Below, one piece after another: positions 1-13,299 of a stretch of DNA of 64,000 bases. The position numbers were made by a program, and so were the translations under genes. The DNA comes from Octopus sinensis (taxonomy: Eukaryota). A model generated the notes under the pieces. That model was not told the DNA's origin. It saw nothing but the letters and a program-made list of their open reading frames with translations, and did not search any database. Numbering within the stretch: position 1 is the first letter of the stretch; every line of letters starts with the position of its first letter. The stretch spans positions 13,032,464-13,096,463 of the forward strand of contig NC_043011.1 in assembly GCF_006345805.1 (NCBI RefSeq), written 5' to 3'.

Positions 1-520
1 GAGGCCTCCCTTGATGTTAGGGAAATGTATTCGGAGCTGGCGGTGTATGTATAGTCCAACGTGGCCGTTGACTTGGGCGGAGTCGGATGATCCCATAGTA
101 ATGTCAAATAATTTGCTATGGTTATTGTTATTGTTATAGTGGTTGGCTCGGCACCAAAGAAATAAGCGTTTTACGGGTATTAAGAATTATGTTAATTTTT
201 AGTGGGGTTAGATTAGATTTCTAGCCAGAAGGAGAGCTTGATTAAGAAGTTTGGAATAAATAGAAAAATAGTAATTATTTATATAGAACTGTAGGAAAGA
301 AAAGTTTTTGTTGTTTAAGAGATGGAACCATTTTATGACTTCGCCTGTACAGGACCATAAGTTGGCATTCAATTTCTCTTTGACGATTGGTATTATCCAG
401 AATATTTTTGCTAATTCTTCTCACGTCGGATTTGGTAGGGCATATGAGGTAGGGCGTATAGATAGTTTGGTTATGAAGTCCTTTTTATGAAGTGTGGAGA
501 TATAGGCAGTAGGGTTCTGT
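1..520 (-). mobile_element. Decayed Penelope-like element reverse transcriptase fragment
   Basis: The minus strand reads, with frameshifts, CPTKSDVRRISKNILD..VKEKLNANLWSCTGEVIKWFHLLNNK...LFDITMGSSDSAQVNGHVGLYIHRQLRIHFPNIKGGL. This matches the PLE RT motifs (FDVTMGS..GAE...LVGLY..GLYRDD). It runs off the window start. Confidence 0.85.
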
Positions 521-539
521 GCGATATATATATATATAT

Positions 540-1197
540 ATACAAGATAAGAAAATGGAGAAATACATCTAAATCAAATATCAATTATCAGATAATACTC
601 AATCACATACTTTATTAAACCACCACATAAGAGACTGTAGGGTTAAACATAAAAAAGCAGAACAAATCAGGGTACATAAAGGAATGTACATAAAAAAGTG
701 TACTACCATAATAGGCTAATATTGGTAAAATGAGACATACTTATCTACATGACCGAAACAGCTGTAAGATGTAATCTATACTTATATTTATATTTACTTA
801 TATTTATATTCTCTTTTTTATATATATTCTACTTATTATACAACATTACTCTTTTATGTACACTTTTTTTTGTACATTCCTTTATGTACACTGATTTGTT
901 TTGCTTTTTTATGTTTAACCCTACAGTCTCTTATGTGGTGGTTTAATAAAGTATGTGATTGAGTATTATCTGATAATTGATATTTGATTTAGATGTATTT
1001 CTCCATTTTCTTATCTTGTATTAGTAATTTGTGGTAAATCATATTACATTTGCCCATATAATACAGTAAATGAATTGATTGCATCGCAATCCTTAACATT
1101 TATGTATTAACTTTGTTGGGTACTTCACTTGAAGTATATTGGATATATGTTATCCCATGGAGGGTTGCATTTACAACCCCTATCTCAATTTGTAACT
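540..1197 (+). mobile_element. Non-coding PLE pLTR-like element with a 5' inverted duplication and half a hammerhead
   Basis: 540-703 is the reverse complement of 858-1021. The spacer contains GAAACAGCTGTA (755-766), a hammerhead 3' half with a palindromic stem III. (TA)n flanks both sides. Confidence 0.65.
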
Positions 1198-1206
1198 ATA
1201 TATATA

Positions 1207-1292
<86 letters not shown>

Positions 1293-1922
1293 TCCTTCAG
1301 TTCCGTCTACCAAATCCATTCACAAGACTTTGGTCAGCCCGAGGCTATAGTAGAAGGCATTCACCCAAGGTGCCACGCATTGAGACTGAACTCGATACTA
1401 TGTGGATGGGAAGCAAGCTTTTATCTGTCCTTAGCACATGTCTATGAAAAGATTTTGTCTCAGACAAGCCTTGTCTACACCAAGTCTTCTAACGGTCTAT
1501 ATACATTTAGTATATTACACTTGATGGTGATTTTAATTTAATGTTATTTCAGTTGTGTATATCAAGTTTTTCTAAAGCTCGGCAAGCTTCTGTGATACCA
1601 GTGAATTTTCTTTTTATTTACTGTTTCTTATATATCGAGTCACGATAATCGGGTGCCTGGCATTAACCAACCGCAACAAAGGCAAAACACGTCTCGTTCT
1701 CGTCAGTCATTGCAGCCATGATGTTCGTCTTGCTCCGTTATGTTTTGTGTATTTTTAACGCAAATCCACGAGAAGAATTTATCTCAGACAACAACTTAAC
1801 GTTAAGCTTTGGCACATTTAGTATGATATACAGATGGCAATATATATGCGCGCGCGTGTGCGTGCGTGTGTGTGTGTATTTATGTGTGTGCATTTATGTG
1901 TGTATTTATATATGTATATATT

Positions 1923-2329
1923 AATTTCTTTATTGCTCACAGGGCGGGCTAAACATAGAGGGGGCTAAACATAGGATCAAGTCGATATCATCGACCCCAG
2001 TGCTTAACTGGTACTTATTTAATTGACCACGAAAGGATGAAAGGCAAAGTCGACCTCTGCGGAATTTGAACTCAGAACGTAACGGCAGATGAAATACCTA
2101 TTTCTTTACTACCCACAAGGGGTTAAACACAGATGGTGCAAACAAGGACAGACAAACGGATTAAGTCGATTATATTGACTCTAGTGCGTAATTGGTACTT
2201 ATTTAATCGACCCTGAAACGATGAAAGGCAAAGTCGACCTCAGCGGAATTTGAACTCAGAACGAAGCGGCAGACGAAATACCGCTAAGCATTTCGTCCGG
2301 CGTGCTAACGATTCAGCTAGCTCGCCGCC
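1923..2329 (-). mobile_element. tRNA-derived SINE family B (partial tandem dimer)
   Basis: Head GGCGGCGAGCTAGCTGAATCGTTAGCACG, B-box GAGTTCAAATTCC and central GCCTTTCATCCTTTCG..GTC domain (resembles the Meta/MESC SINE domain). The body is duplicated. Several other copies occur in the window. Confidence 0.8.
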
Positions 2330-2339
2330 CTTTATATGT

Positions 2340-2672
<333 letters not shown>

Positions 2673-3041
2673 GAAAATAATGCTAAACATTTGTCATCAC
2701 TTATAAAAACATTTAATTTAGTTAGAGAATATAAACATATAGAGTCTCCCGAATCAAAATATTTATGGGGTGGGTGATGCTAAATGTTTTGCCTTTTCAT
2801 ATTTTTTTTTTAAATCTCTATCCAACTGCTCAAGGAGAAACCACTTCTAGCCGACTTCCATAGACAGTCTGAACACCGCACTTTGCAATTGCAGCTCAAG
2901 ATGGAGTTTTCATGGTAAACCAAACTGAGCACTCGTAGTACATACCGTCACTTGGCGGAAACCCCTTCTGTCTCTCTCCTCTTTCTGTGTGTGTGTATGT
3001 ATGTATGTATATATATATATATATATATACGTGCGTGAGTC

Positions 3042-3119
<78 letters not shown>

Positions 3120-3249
3120 AATGGCGGTGCCCCAGCATGGCCACAGCTCATTAGCTGAAACTGGAAAAATCAAAAAATCAAAAAATCATATATATATATA
3201 TATATGTATATATATGTATTATATGTATGTGTGTGTGTGTGGTGTGTGT

Positions 3250-3780
3250 GAATGGCAATGACTAGTGACCGAAACCTTTGGAAGTATACTGTGCGTAAGA
3301 AGACCCGGCAGGAAAAGTGAGGCCATAACTCGCGGCCTCTACCTGGGATGTAGCCAGCCCACTTATGCATACCTTTCCTCCTTGGGACACAAAACTCTGC
3401 TTGCGAAGACCTGTTGAGGCAAGTGAAATCGGAATCGAAATTGAAATCGCTCAAAATTCAATGGAAATTCTAGTTGTGATACCAGTGCCGGTGGCACGTA
3501 AAAGAACCATCCGAACGTGGCCGTTGCCAGAACTGGCCTCCGCGCCCGTGTCACGTAAAAAGCACCAACTGATCGTGGCCGTTGCCAGCCTCGCCTGGCA
3601 CATAAAAAGCACCCACTACATTCACGGAGTGGTTGGCGTTAGGAAGGGCATCCAGCCGTAGAATCACTGCCAGATCAGACTGGGCCTGGTGCAGCCTCCT
3701 GTCTTCCCAGACCCCAGTTGAACCGTCCAACCCATGCTAGCATGGAAAGCGGACGTTAAACGATGATGATGATGATGATG
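3250..3780 (+). mobile_element. SINE/LINE-tail element ending in (GAT)n
   Basis: GC-richer segment with internal GTGGCACGTAAAAAGCACC-type repeats. It ends in CATGGAAAGCGGACGTTAAACGATGATGATGAT, an RTE-like 3' tail. Confidence 0.6.
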
Positions 3781-3892
3781 ATATATATATATATATATAT
3801 TTAAATGCTTAACATGAAACCAATGGCAGCTTTAATCCATAAACAAAGAATTTTTATCCACCACTGCGGTGTTGGGCACTCATTCTCATTGG

Positions 3893-3991
<99 letters not shown>

Positions 3992-5183
3992 TATATATGT
4001 CGTTTTTTTTTTTTTCGTTGAGAGCACAGGACTCGAACGTCCACTAACATTCTCTCTTACCAGTTTGCGTACCAACAGAAAAACTGGACTATGCACAGCC
4101 ATCTCTGCTGATGTGTTTATATATCCAAGTAGCTTCATATGAACACATCATATAGCTACAGTTTTATAAACCTAATGCATATACAGAGTCCAGTATAATC
4201 TTAGATGCAAGAAGTATAGAAACAGCTAGACGCGTGCGCGCGTGTGCCTGCGTGCGTGCGTGTGTGTGTATGTGTATGTACGCACGCACACAGACACTCA
4301 CACACACACACAGATACCGGATTTTCATCCTCTAAATACTTCCCTATAAATAATAGTGATTTACATTCGCTGTTTGTCCTCCTCCTCCTTCTCCTCCTCC
4401 TCCTCCTCCTCCTTCACCTCTTATTGTCCTGCCTTGCAACAAAAACGGACAGGAAGGAAAAAACTCGAACAACAATCCCTTCTACTTCTGTTGTCTTATA
4501 TTTTTCTTTTCTCTTTTCTTTTTCCTTTTTCCTTCTTGCTGACGACAATACTTGATGTATAAGGATGCGAGCTCTCTCTAAAAGAGTGACAGTCGGAGGA
4601 GTTGCAGGTCGGAATATTTTACTCACTCTTATTCTACTCTCTATTATCGGGTATTTTGTTTGTTTTGTTTATTGAGGGGGGGGGGGTCTTTTTTTCTCCA
4701 TCTTTTTTCCTTATATTTGTGGGTGGGTTTTTTTTTCATGGATACCTTTTTTTTGCCAGAAAATCTTCGTAAATTTTTTCAATGACAGGCAGATTTAAGA
4801 ATGGGTGTTTCTTCAATGATTCTAATCTTATCACGTCTATCCGTTATTTATCGTCAGCTCTCTTCTTTAGCCATTTACAAAGCCTCGTTTAAACTCGTCA
4901 CCTGACAAACGCTCGTTTTTCTGAGTCTATAAAAATACACACTTTTAACTCATTCACAGCCTTATGGAGTATATGTTTGTGTGTGTGTGTGTGTGTGTGT
5001 ATGTGTGTTGTGTGTGTGTGTGTTTGTGTATGTGTGTGTATGTGTGTAAATGTGCGCATGCGTGTTTGTCTTCATTGTCTATTTATCTGTGTGAGTACTT
5101 GCGTGCGCGCGCGCGATATCTTCCTTGTTCCTGCTTTCTATCTTCTATGTGTGTGTTTGTGTGTGTGTGTGCGTGCGTGCGTG

Positions 5184-5216
<33 letters not shown>

Positions 5217-6798
5217 TTGTGTGTGTGTGTTTGTGTGTATATGCGTGTGTGTGTGTGTGTGTGTATGTACAGTGGTGGTCGAGTGGTTAAAAAGTTTGCT
5301 TCGCAGTCGTGCATATGAAACCGTAGGTTCAAACCGCGCTGTATGGTGTCTTAGGCAATTGGTGTTAGCGTAACTTAGGATGAGCGAAGCTTCGCGAGTG
5401 AAGCTACACTTACAATCTATCCCTGCCACATTGTGTTATGCTCAATGTGAGAGAGAATTATATTTAGTGTCTGGATATCTGTGCTATACTCGGCCATTTA
5501 CACTTATAACTCAAAGCAGATAGCACAGTTGAATAAGCAACTGCGATAATGATCGTTGAAACCGATGCAGATCCATTAGATTTACTTGTATGTATGTGTA
5601 TGTGTGTTTGTATGTGTGTGTGTTTGTGTTCACGCGTGTGTGTGTGTTTGTGTATGTGTTGTTGTTGTGTGTGTGTGTGTGCTTCTATCTATAAGTGTGT
5701 GTCTGTGTCAGTGCATGTATATTCATGTGCGCTAAATGTAACTAAAGTACACACAACTGTTGCTTTCTCATGCAGGTTTAGAAACGGTGGACTAGAAAGT
5801 ATATTGCGATCTTATTAGACAATAGCAGACTACAAAGAGGCTAGTCAGTGTTAGCAACTATTTCTTGTTCTAAGTAGCAACACTACCGATAGATGAAGAG
5901 AGCACAATGTTGTACAAATAATTGAGGATCAACTGTTAATAATAGTTGTTTAAAACAAAGAGGTAACTGCCTCTTAAAGTGCTTGAGTAACGAATAGGTT
6001 TATCAGAAATGCATACAAAAAGGTGGGGGGAAGGCACTACATGGTCGCCTGGCCTCCTAGAAATAGCAACTAAGTCTGTTAAATTTACCACCACCACCAC
6101 TACCACTCCCACACCCTGGCCACCGTCTTAAAAAAAAAGACAGATATGATACGTTCCTATCTGTACCGTGCCTTGAAAAGGAATGCGATAATCACGGCTT
6201 TGACCATAGGTCTGCTCGATCAGGACTTTCTGGACGCTGTTGAACAATAATAATTTTACAGAAATTGAACGAGCGAAGCAGCGAGCACCTACGTGGTTAC
6301 TTGACAAGCTAGAAATAGCAATCGTGTCTCTCAAATCACACGTCGCCATCTTTAAAAAATGGAAAGCTATATTAGATATATATCATCGAAGAGTAATCCC
6401 TCCTGTCAAGGCTATTTTGCTTTTCATCATACGTCTTCTGAATGGCTAAACCTCTGGCTAAACAACAATAAGTACACTGTAAAGAGTCAACGAAGATTTT
6501 CTACAAAATCGTGTAATTGCTAGAAATATCAGCTAAATCTTATTCAAAGTTACAGGTGCAGTCAGCTTGGTAAAAAAGAAAAATTCTAGCGTAATTGGAT
6601 GATAAAATTTTCATCAATGACAGTTGCGGTCAGGCATATGATAACGCGGTTATTATAAGTGGAGCGAGGGATGGTTTTCTACAAAATATTGTTGTTTGTG
6701 AATTGCGAGAACCACAGCCTCAATCTGGCTTGTATCCATGCAAATGAGGTACAAACTGATGTTAGATTTTTTTTTTTAATTCTGGAAGAAAGTGTTTA

Positions 6799-7001
6799 CT
6801 CTTTTGCTCTTTTGCTCTTTTGCTTGTTTCAGTCATTTGACTGTGGCCATGCTGGAGCACCACCTTTAATCGAGCAACTCAACCCCTTTGTAAGCCCAGT
6901 ACTTATTCTATCGGTCTCTTCTGCCGAACCGCTAACTGACGGGGACATAAACACACCAACATTGGTTGTCAAGCAATGCTAGGGGGACGAACACAGACAC
7001 A

Positions 7002-7097
<96 letters not shown>

Positions 7098-7233
7098 CAA
7101 CGGACTTCTTTCAGTTTCCATCTACCAAATCCACTCACAAGGCTTTCGTCGGCCCGAGGCTATAGTAAAAGGCACTTACCCAAGATGCCACGCAATGGGA
7201 CTGAACCCGGAACCATGGGGTTGATAAGCAAGC
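6799..7233 (-). mobile_element. tRNA-derived SINE family A with an internal microsatellite
   Basis: Matches the full plus-strand copy at 60454-60863 (B-box GGTTCAGTCCC; 3' end GTCAAATGACTGAAACAAG). Confidence 0.85.
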
Positions 7234-7521
7234 TTTTTTTTTCTTTTTTTTCTTTCTTTTACTTTTGCATCTACTTCTCGTTGTGAAATATTAAAATCAT
7301 CTATTTCTCAGACTGTGAAAATATGATACATCAGGGAGTTCCCACTATAATATTGTGAAAGTAACCTACGAAGTATGCGATAGCGCCATTGTAAGCTTCA
7401 CATACTTGTAGGAAGGAGAATCGCACCAAATCTAACACAGGATCGTTTTCAACTCAACACTTTCTGTTTTTATCTTTGTTTAATCTTTGGTATCGAATTT
7501 TATTATCTGTGGAGAAAGTTT

Positions 7522-7921
7522 GGATCTTTTCGGTTTGAACGGCAGTTTTTTAAAATAATTTCTAGGTAACTTCGTATACTGGTAGAATGTGTTTATAAAA
7601 CATCTTTTTCTCTTGGCTTTATTGAGAAAATTCTATGGTTTGTAAGATATTTGTTGTTTTTTTCTTCAATTTCTGCAATTTCAACCAATCAATGACGTCT
7701 ATTGAGGTGAAAATATTCTGTGCCGTATGAATGTGTCCCTCGTTTAAGAAACAGATTGGGTTTATTTACATTTCTGAAGAAAAAAAGATACCCTTCCCCC
7801 CACCCCTAACCCTAACCCTAAAACAGATTGAAATGCAATAGATCGTTCCTAGGGTAATAATTAGGGGTGACAATTTCATATGACACCGCTAGAAAAACTG
7901 CCGTTCAAACCGAAAAGATCC
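7522..7921 (-). mobile_element. MITE with internal telomeric (CCCTAA)n, copy 1
   Basis: TIR GGATCTTTTCGGTTTGAACGGCAGTTTTT at both ends. Perfect 8-bp TSD GAAAGTTT (7514-7521 and 7922-7929). Confidence 0.92.
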
Positions 7922-7929
7922 GAAAGTTT

Positions 7930-8605
7930 CAAAACGTTTGCAGTGTCCAGTAATTTGGTACATGAAGCTTCTTGTCATGTAAAAAGCTTATCAAAATCTT
8001 GTATTTGAAAAAATAACGAAATTACCCACAGTGCAATATATTCGGCTAATGACTTTTGTCAAGAATAGGGACAATAACTGCCCAAACAAGAAGAATGATG
8101 CCAGGAAAACCAATGGGAATGAGTGGAGTGATGGCACATCAAGAAATTAATCGAATAATGGTAGAGTTTGTGAACCGATTAAAAACTGAAACGGAAGATA
8201 GCAGTTTTCGCCTTCAAGATCTCGGAAATCGGTTTTCAGTTTTTCTGAATTTGTACAAAGTTATAATTGAGGGTAAACATGAAAGAGAAAGATTTAAAAA
8301 GGAACGTTCGGACTTTAGAAATTATAATAATGATGTGACAGCCAGTTAGTCATATGATGAAATTACTGACTTTATGGTGCCCCTTTGACCCAAAGGAAAT
8401 ACAGTTCCCTTTTATCCTAAAGAGGCTTTGAGATATTTACTGCAGTTTGGAAGGTGTTTCTTTCAATATCTACACGTTACTGCTTACCATCGCCTTTTTT
8501 AATTACAAACAGTGAAAGGTTTATTTTCAAAGTTGAAATTATTGAAAACAAACCTGAAGTCTTCCATGTCACAAGAACAACTAATTAACTTGGCTTTAAT
8601 CAGTA
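7930..8605 (+). pseudogene. Decayed hAT-family transposase C-terminus (dimerisation domain)
   Basis: Reads LLLTIAF.ITNSE..FSKLKLLKTNLKSSMSQEQLINLALIS, matching the hATC motif SAERSFSKLKLIKTYLRSTMSQERL..LAL. It is frameshifted and the upstream limit is approximate. Confidence 0.75.
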
Positions 8606-9427
8606 CTACTATTACTACTATTACCGTATATATATATATATATATATATACACATACACGCGCGCACAAACACACACACACACACACACACACCACACAC
8701 ACACACATACCTATATGCACACTAGCTGAGTATCCCGTCATTGCCGGGCAAATTTTCACTATAGAATGCCTTGAACTTTAGGAATAACACAACCACATAA
8801 GTTGGATTTTCTCCAATTTGACGGAGATTTTTCATTTTTTCTTTCTCACGACACCCTGGAAGGAAGCTTTTTTATGAAAAAATTCCTCTCAGCTAATATG
8901 AAAATGAAGTAGTCCGAGTGTTTTCTTTTAGGAGATCCCTTTTGGGTCGTGGACACTAAATTTAATTAATGTGGCTGATTTATATTTAATTTGAAGAAAA
9001 TATTCATTTTAACAGTTTTTAAATGCCGTCCTTCCTGGCATTTCTCAGTATTAGGCCCTGTTCTTGAATCTTGGAGGCAAGCAGTCAAGAAATTGACCAA
9101 AGACATCACCAAAACATCTTCACGCTATGAAGGCAGTATGGTCACGGTCGAGTGGTCATACATCTGTTCGTTCACAGTCAACAACTTCAAAGTAAGTTAT
9201 TATGTGTGTTTATGAAGGCACGCGTGTGTTTGTGTATGTGTGTGTGTGGTTATGTTTTTCTTTGTATGTGTATGTTTCTGTGCACGTCTGTATATGCGTG
9301 TGTGTGTACGCGCGCGCGTATGTCCTTACTGTTGGACGTGAATTGAGGATATCAAGGCGAAACGCGCTCCCAAGAATTTACATCCCTCATTAGCAACGGA
9401 AGGTATATGCTGTGGATTGGGATTAAC

Positions 9428-9842
9428 GGATCTTTTCGGTTTGAACGGCAGTTCTTTCTAGCGGCGTCATATGAAATTGTCACCCATAATTATGACCCTA
9501 GTATCGATCTATTGCATTTCAATCTGTTTTAGGGTTAGGGTTAGGGGTGGGGGAAGGGTATCTTTTTTTCTTCACAAATGTAAATAAACCCAATCTGTTT
9601 CTTAAACGAGGGACATATTCATACGGCACAGAATGTTTTTTACCTCAAAAGACGTCAGTGATTGGTTGAAATTGCAGAAATTGAAGAAAAAAACAACAAA
9701 TGTTTTACAAACTATAGAATTTTCTCAATAAAGCCAAGAGAAAAAGATGTTTTATAAACAAATTCTACCAGTATACGAAATTTAAATTTTTTTAGTTACG
9801 TGGAAATTATTTTAAAAACTGCCGTTCAAACCGAAAAGATCC
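9428..9842 (+). mobile_element. Telomeric-repeat MITE, copy 2
   Basis: Same TIR. 8-bp TSD GGATTAAC (9420-9427 and 9843-9850). Internal TTAGGG x3. Confidence 0.92.
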
Positions 9843-10539
9843 GGATTAACAGTCAAAAAATAAGGAAGATAGCCATTATGGGATGCGAATGACAACCATA
9901 ATCAAGCAAGAGTTATGCAATGTTTGCATTGACAATCTAATGAAAGAGAATTACAGATATTTGAAAGATCTGGCTCAATTCTAAAGCCTCTTCTCAATAA
10001 GCTGCTGTTTATAGACATGGAGTCAATAAATCGAGAGAAATCTAATCCATATAAGAACAATAATTCTACTCCATTTGCATTGTGGTTTCACTATTATTGC
10101 ATATTAAATACGATACAAATTTTTTTTTTAATGGATCCAGAAAATTGCTTCCGGTTAATCTGTAGAATGAATAATAATCATCGATGTTATGGAACAAACT
10201 ACCCAAGTGGAGAATTAAGTTCAATTATAAAGAAATTAGTTTAGATTGGAACAATTAATGAGCGTGTAATCAACTTTGAATGGCGGTAATTACAATAAAT
10301 ATGATTAATAGCAAACTAATAAAAAAAAAGCAAAAAAAACATGGGCCCTCCAGGCAAGATGTCTTCCGTGCGACTAGTGATAGAGAAAAGGAAAATTAAA
10401 TCATACGAAATACAAAAGAACGATTGAACTTTAACTTTCTTTCTTTCTTTCCTTCCCTCTCCTTCTCTCTCTGTATACACACACGCGCGCGCGCGCGCGC
10501 ACACACACACACATATCTATACATTGTTACATACGCAAC

Positions 10540-10960
10540 AACATGAAACAGGGCTGTGTACTTGGCCACACCCTGTCTGCATCTTCTTTGCAGTCATGCG
10601 TAAACATGGATTTGGGGCATCAACTGACCGTGTTTACCTCCACACATCAGGTCAAGTGGGAAACCGTTTAATCTGTCGAGGTTGAAAGCAAAATCCAAGG
10701 TGCGCCGCAGGCGCTCGTCAGAGAAATGTTGTTCACAGACGATTCATCACTGACTGCACACTCGGCGGAAGGAAAATTCAGTGGCACCGGCAGAGAGCTC
10801 TTTCAAATACATTCGCTGCAAGCGTGACTGCCACTCCCGCGTGAGCCTACACAGGCGCAACAGACGCTGCACCACCACCTGCAGCTGACACGATTTCTTT
10901 GGGCGCAGATCCATGGCCTCTCGAGACTTACGGATGCCTACTGCTACAACTACTACTACC
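10540..10960 (+). mobile_element. Internally deleted RTE-clade LINE (RT core fused to the 3' end)
   Basis: MKQGCVL..IFFAVM...FNLSRLKAKSKV..VREMLFTDD is joined directly to the C-terminal CKRDCHSRVSL motif, a short 3' UTR and a (TAC)n tail. Confidence 0.75.
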
Positions 10961-10974
10961 ATTACCGTATATAT

Positions 10975-11370
10975 CTCTTTTATTTGTTTCAGTCATTTGA
11001 CTGCGGCCATGCTGGAGCACCGCCTTTAATCGAGCAACTCGATCCCGGGACTTATTCTTTTGTAGGCCCAGTATTTATTCTGCCGGTCTCTTTTGCCGAA
11101 ACGCTAAGTAACGGGGACATAAACACACCAGCATCGGTTGTCAAGCAATGCTAGGGGGACAAACACAGACACACAAACACACACACACATATATATATAC
11201 ATATATACGACGGACTTCTTCCAGTTTCCGTCTACCAAATCCACTCACAAGGCTTTATTCGGCCCGAGGCTATAGTAGAAGACACTTGCCCAAGGTGTCA
11301 CGCAGTGGGACTGAACCCGGAACCATGTGGTTGGTAAACAAGCTACTTACCACACAGCCACTCCTGCGCC
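10975..11370 (-). mobile_element. SINE family A, full length
   Basis: Head GGCGCAGGAGTGGCTGTGTGGTAAGTAGC, read on the minus strand, through to the conserved tail. Confidence 0.88.
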
Positions 11371-11387
11371 TATATATATGTATATAT

Positions 11388-11700
11388 GTGGAGGTGCAAT
11401 GGCACAGTGGTTAGGGCAGCGGACTCGCGGTTGTAGGATCGCGGTTTCGATTCCCAGACCGGGCGTTGTGAGTGTTTATTGAGCGAATACACCTAAAGCT
11501 CCACGACGCTCCGGCAGGGGTGGTGGTGATACCTGCTGTACTCTTTCGCCACAACTTTCTCTCACTCTTTCTTCTGTTGGCCTGCTCGCTTAGCCAACGG
11601 GGTGGCGTCATTTAAAGGCTAAAACAATGCGAAGCGCATTGTGACCAGCGATGTGTAGCAACATCTGGTAGCCTGATCGGTCACGGTGACCACGGTGATA
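11388..11700 (+). mobile_element. tRNA(Arg-like)-headed SINE family C
   Basis: A-box TGGCACAGTGG, GGACTCGCGG anticodon-like arm and B-box GTTTCGATTCC. A near-identical minus-strand copy lies at 63178-63491. Confidence 0.85.
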
Positions 11701-11707
11701 TATATAT

Positions 11708-11741
<34 letters not shown>

Positions 11742-13299
11742 CACGCACAAACACACACACACACACACACCTATATGCATACTGGCAGAGTATCCCGTCA
11801 GTGCAGGGCAAATTTTCACTATAGAATGCCTTGAACTTTAGGAATAACACAACCACATAAGTTGGATTTTCTCCAATTTGACAGAGATTCTTCAATTTTT
11901 TTTTTCCCGACACCCTGGAAGGAAGCTTTTCATGAAAAAATATTTTTGAAAATTTATGAATCCCCATCCCCCTTCGGGACCAATTTTGTCAATTTCTTTT
12001 TGCACTACGCACTTAAAACAATGAGACACGCCTTTTCGATAAAAAGAAAAAAAATTCTTTCAAATCCCCTCACCCAATCAGTACCGATTTGGCCTTTTTT
12101 TTTTTTTTTTTTTGCACTACAAACTTCAAAACTGTCAGAGAAGCCTAGAAGGTTAAAATAAAACATTGCTGTATTTCGGGACGGTAATTTTTTTTTTTTT
12201 TTTGAGAACTACACGCACGCGATATATATCTCTTCTTCGCTCGTTTATTACTGTTCTTATTTTATTATTTAAACTCATGTCCATTATCCGGAAATCTTTC
12301 GCCACGCATCTTCAGCAACACGTTTCGTTTTCGTGTGTCTTCTTGCTTCACTTACTCCATTCTGTTTTTCTAAGGTCTGTATCCTTATGTGCCCATGCGT
12401 TTGTATGTGTGTGTGCGTGTATGTGTGTGTAAGAGAGACAGAGAGTATGCTTGCGTGTGTGTCATAGCTTTTAGAAGCAGTGTGACCTTCCCCTCAGCAG
12501 CCCCAGCCTCCCACCCCCTTGTGCTGCTGCTGTCCTAAGACACGAAAATACGGTACAGTTCCTGTATTCCTCTGTGTCTGTGTGTTCGCCCTCGGCGATG
12601 CCATCGTGGTAGTTGTTGTTGTTATTGCCAACATTGTCCCCGCCGCTGCTGCTGTCGTTAATTGTGTTGTTGATATTGTTGTGGCCGTCCGTGAAATTTC
12701 TTGTGTCTGTTTGTGGGTGTGTTTGGATTCGCTTCGTATGTTGTATGTACCCATACCCTTTATATAGATTTATTTAGTTATTTTATCTATCTCTATATCT
12801 TATATTTATCCTAGGTATGTGACAAATATATTTATATACTTGTTTATTTACCTATTCATATATATACATATACAGACGTATGAATATAAATCTAAATATA
12901 CACATAAAAGCATGTGTACATATATTCACGCAAACCGTCTCGCACGCAAGCTAAAATTCATCTATGTAGTAATTCTCATATACTGAGCAAGGAGGGGGAA
13001 CGAAAGAAAGGGAGAGAGAGAAAAAGGAACGAAGGAGGGGTGGGGAAAAAACGAAATAAGAAAAAATTATGTATACAAGCAGTGTAACGGTATTATTGGC
13101 ATATATAGAGACCAGTATACATACACAAGTTTGAATGGATACATATACATACAATCGTGTATATGTGTGCTTAAGCACAAACATACTTTCACTTACACAT
13201 ACACAGATACGCATGCTTACAAATACATATGCTTTGCTATACACATACTTATATAAACATTCTAATTTTGACAACATTGCTTTTTTAAAAAAATATTGC

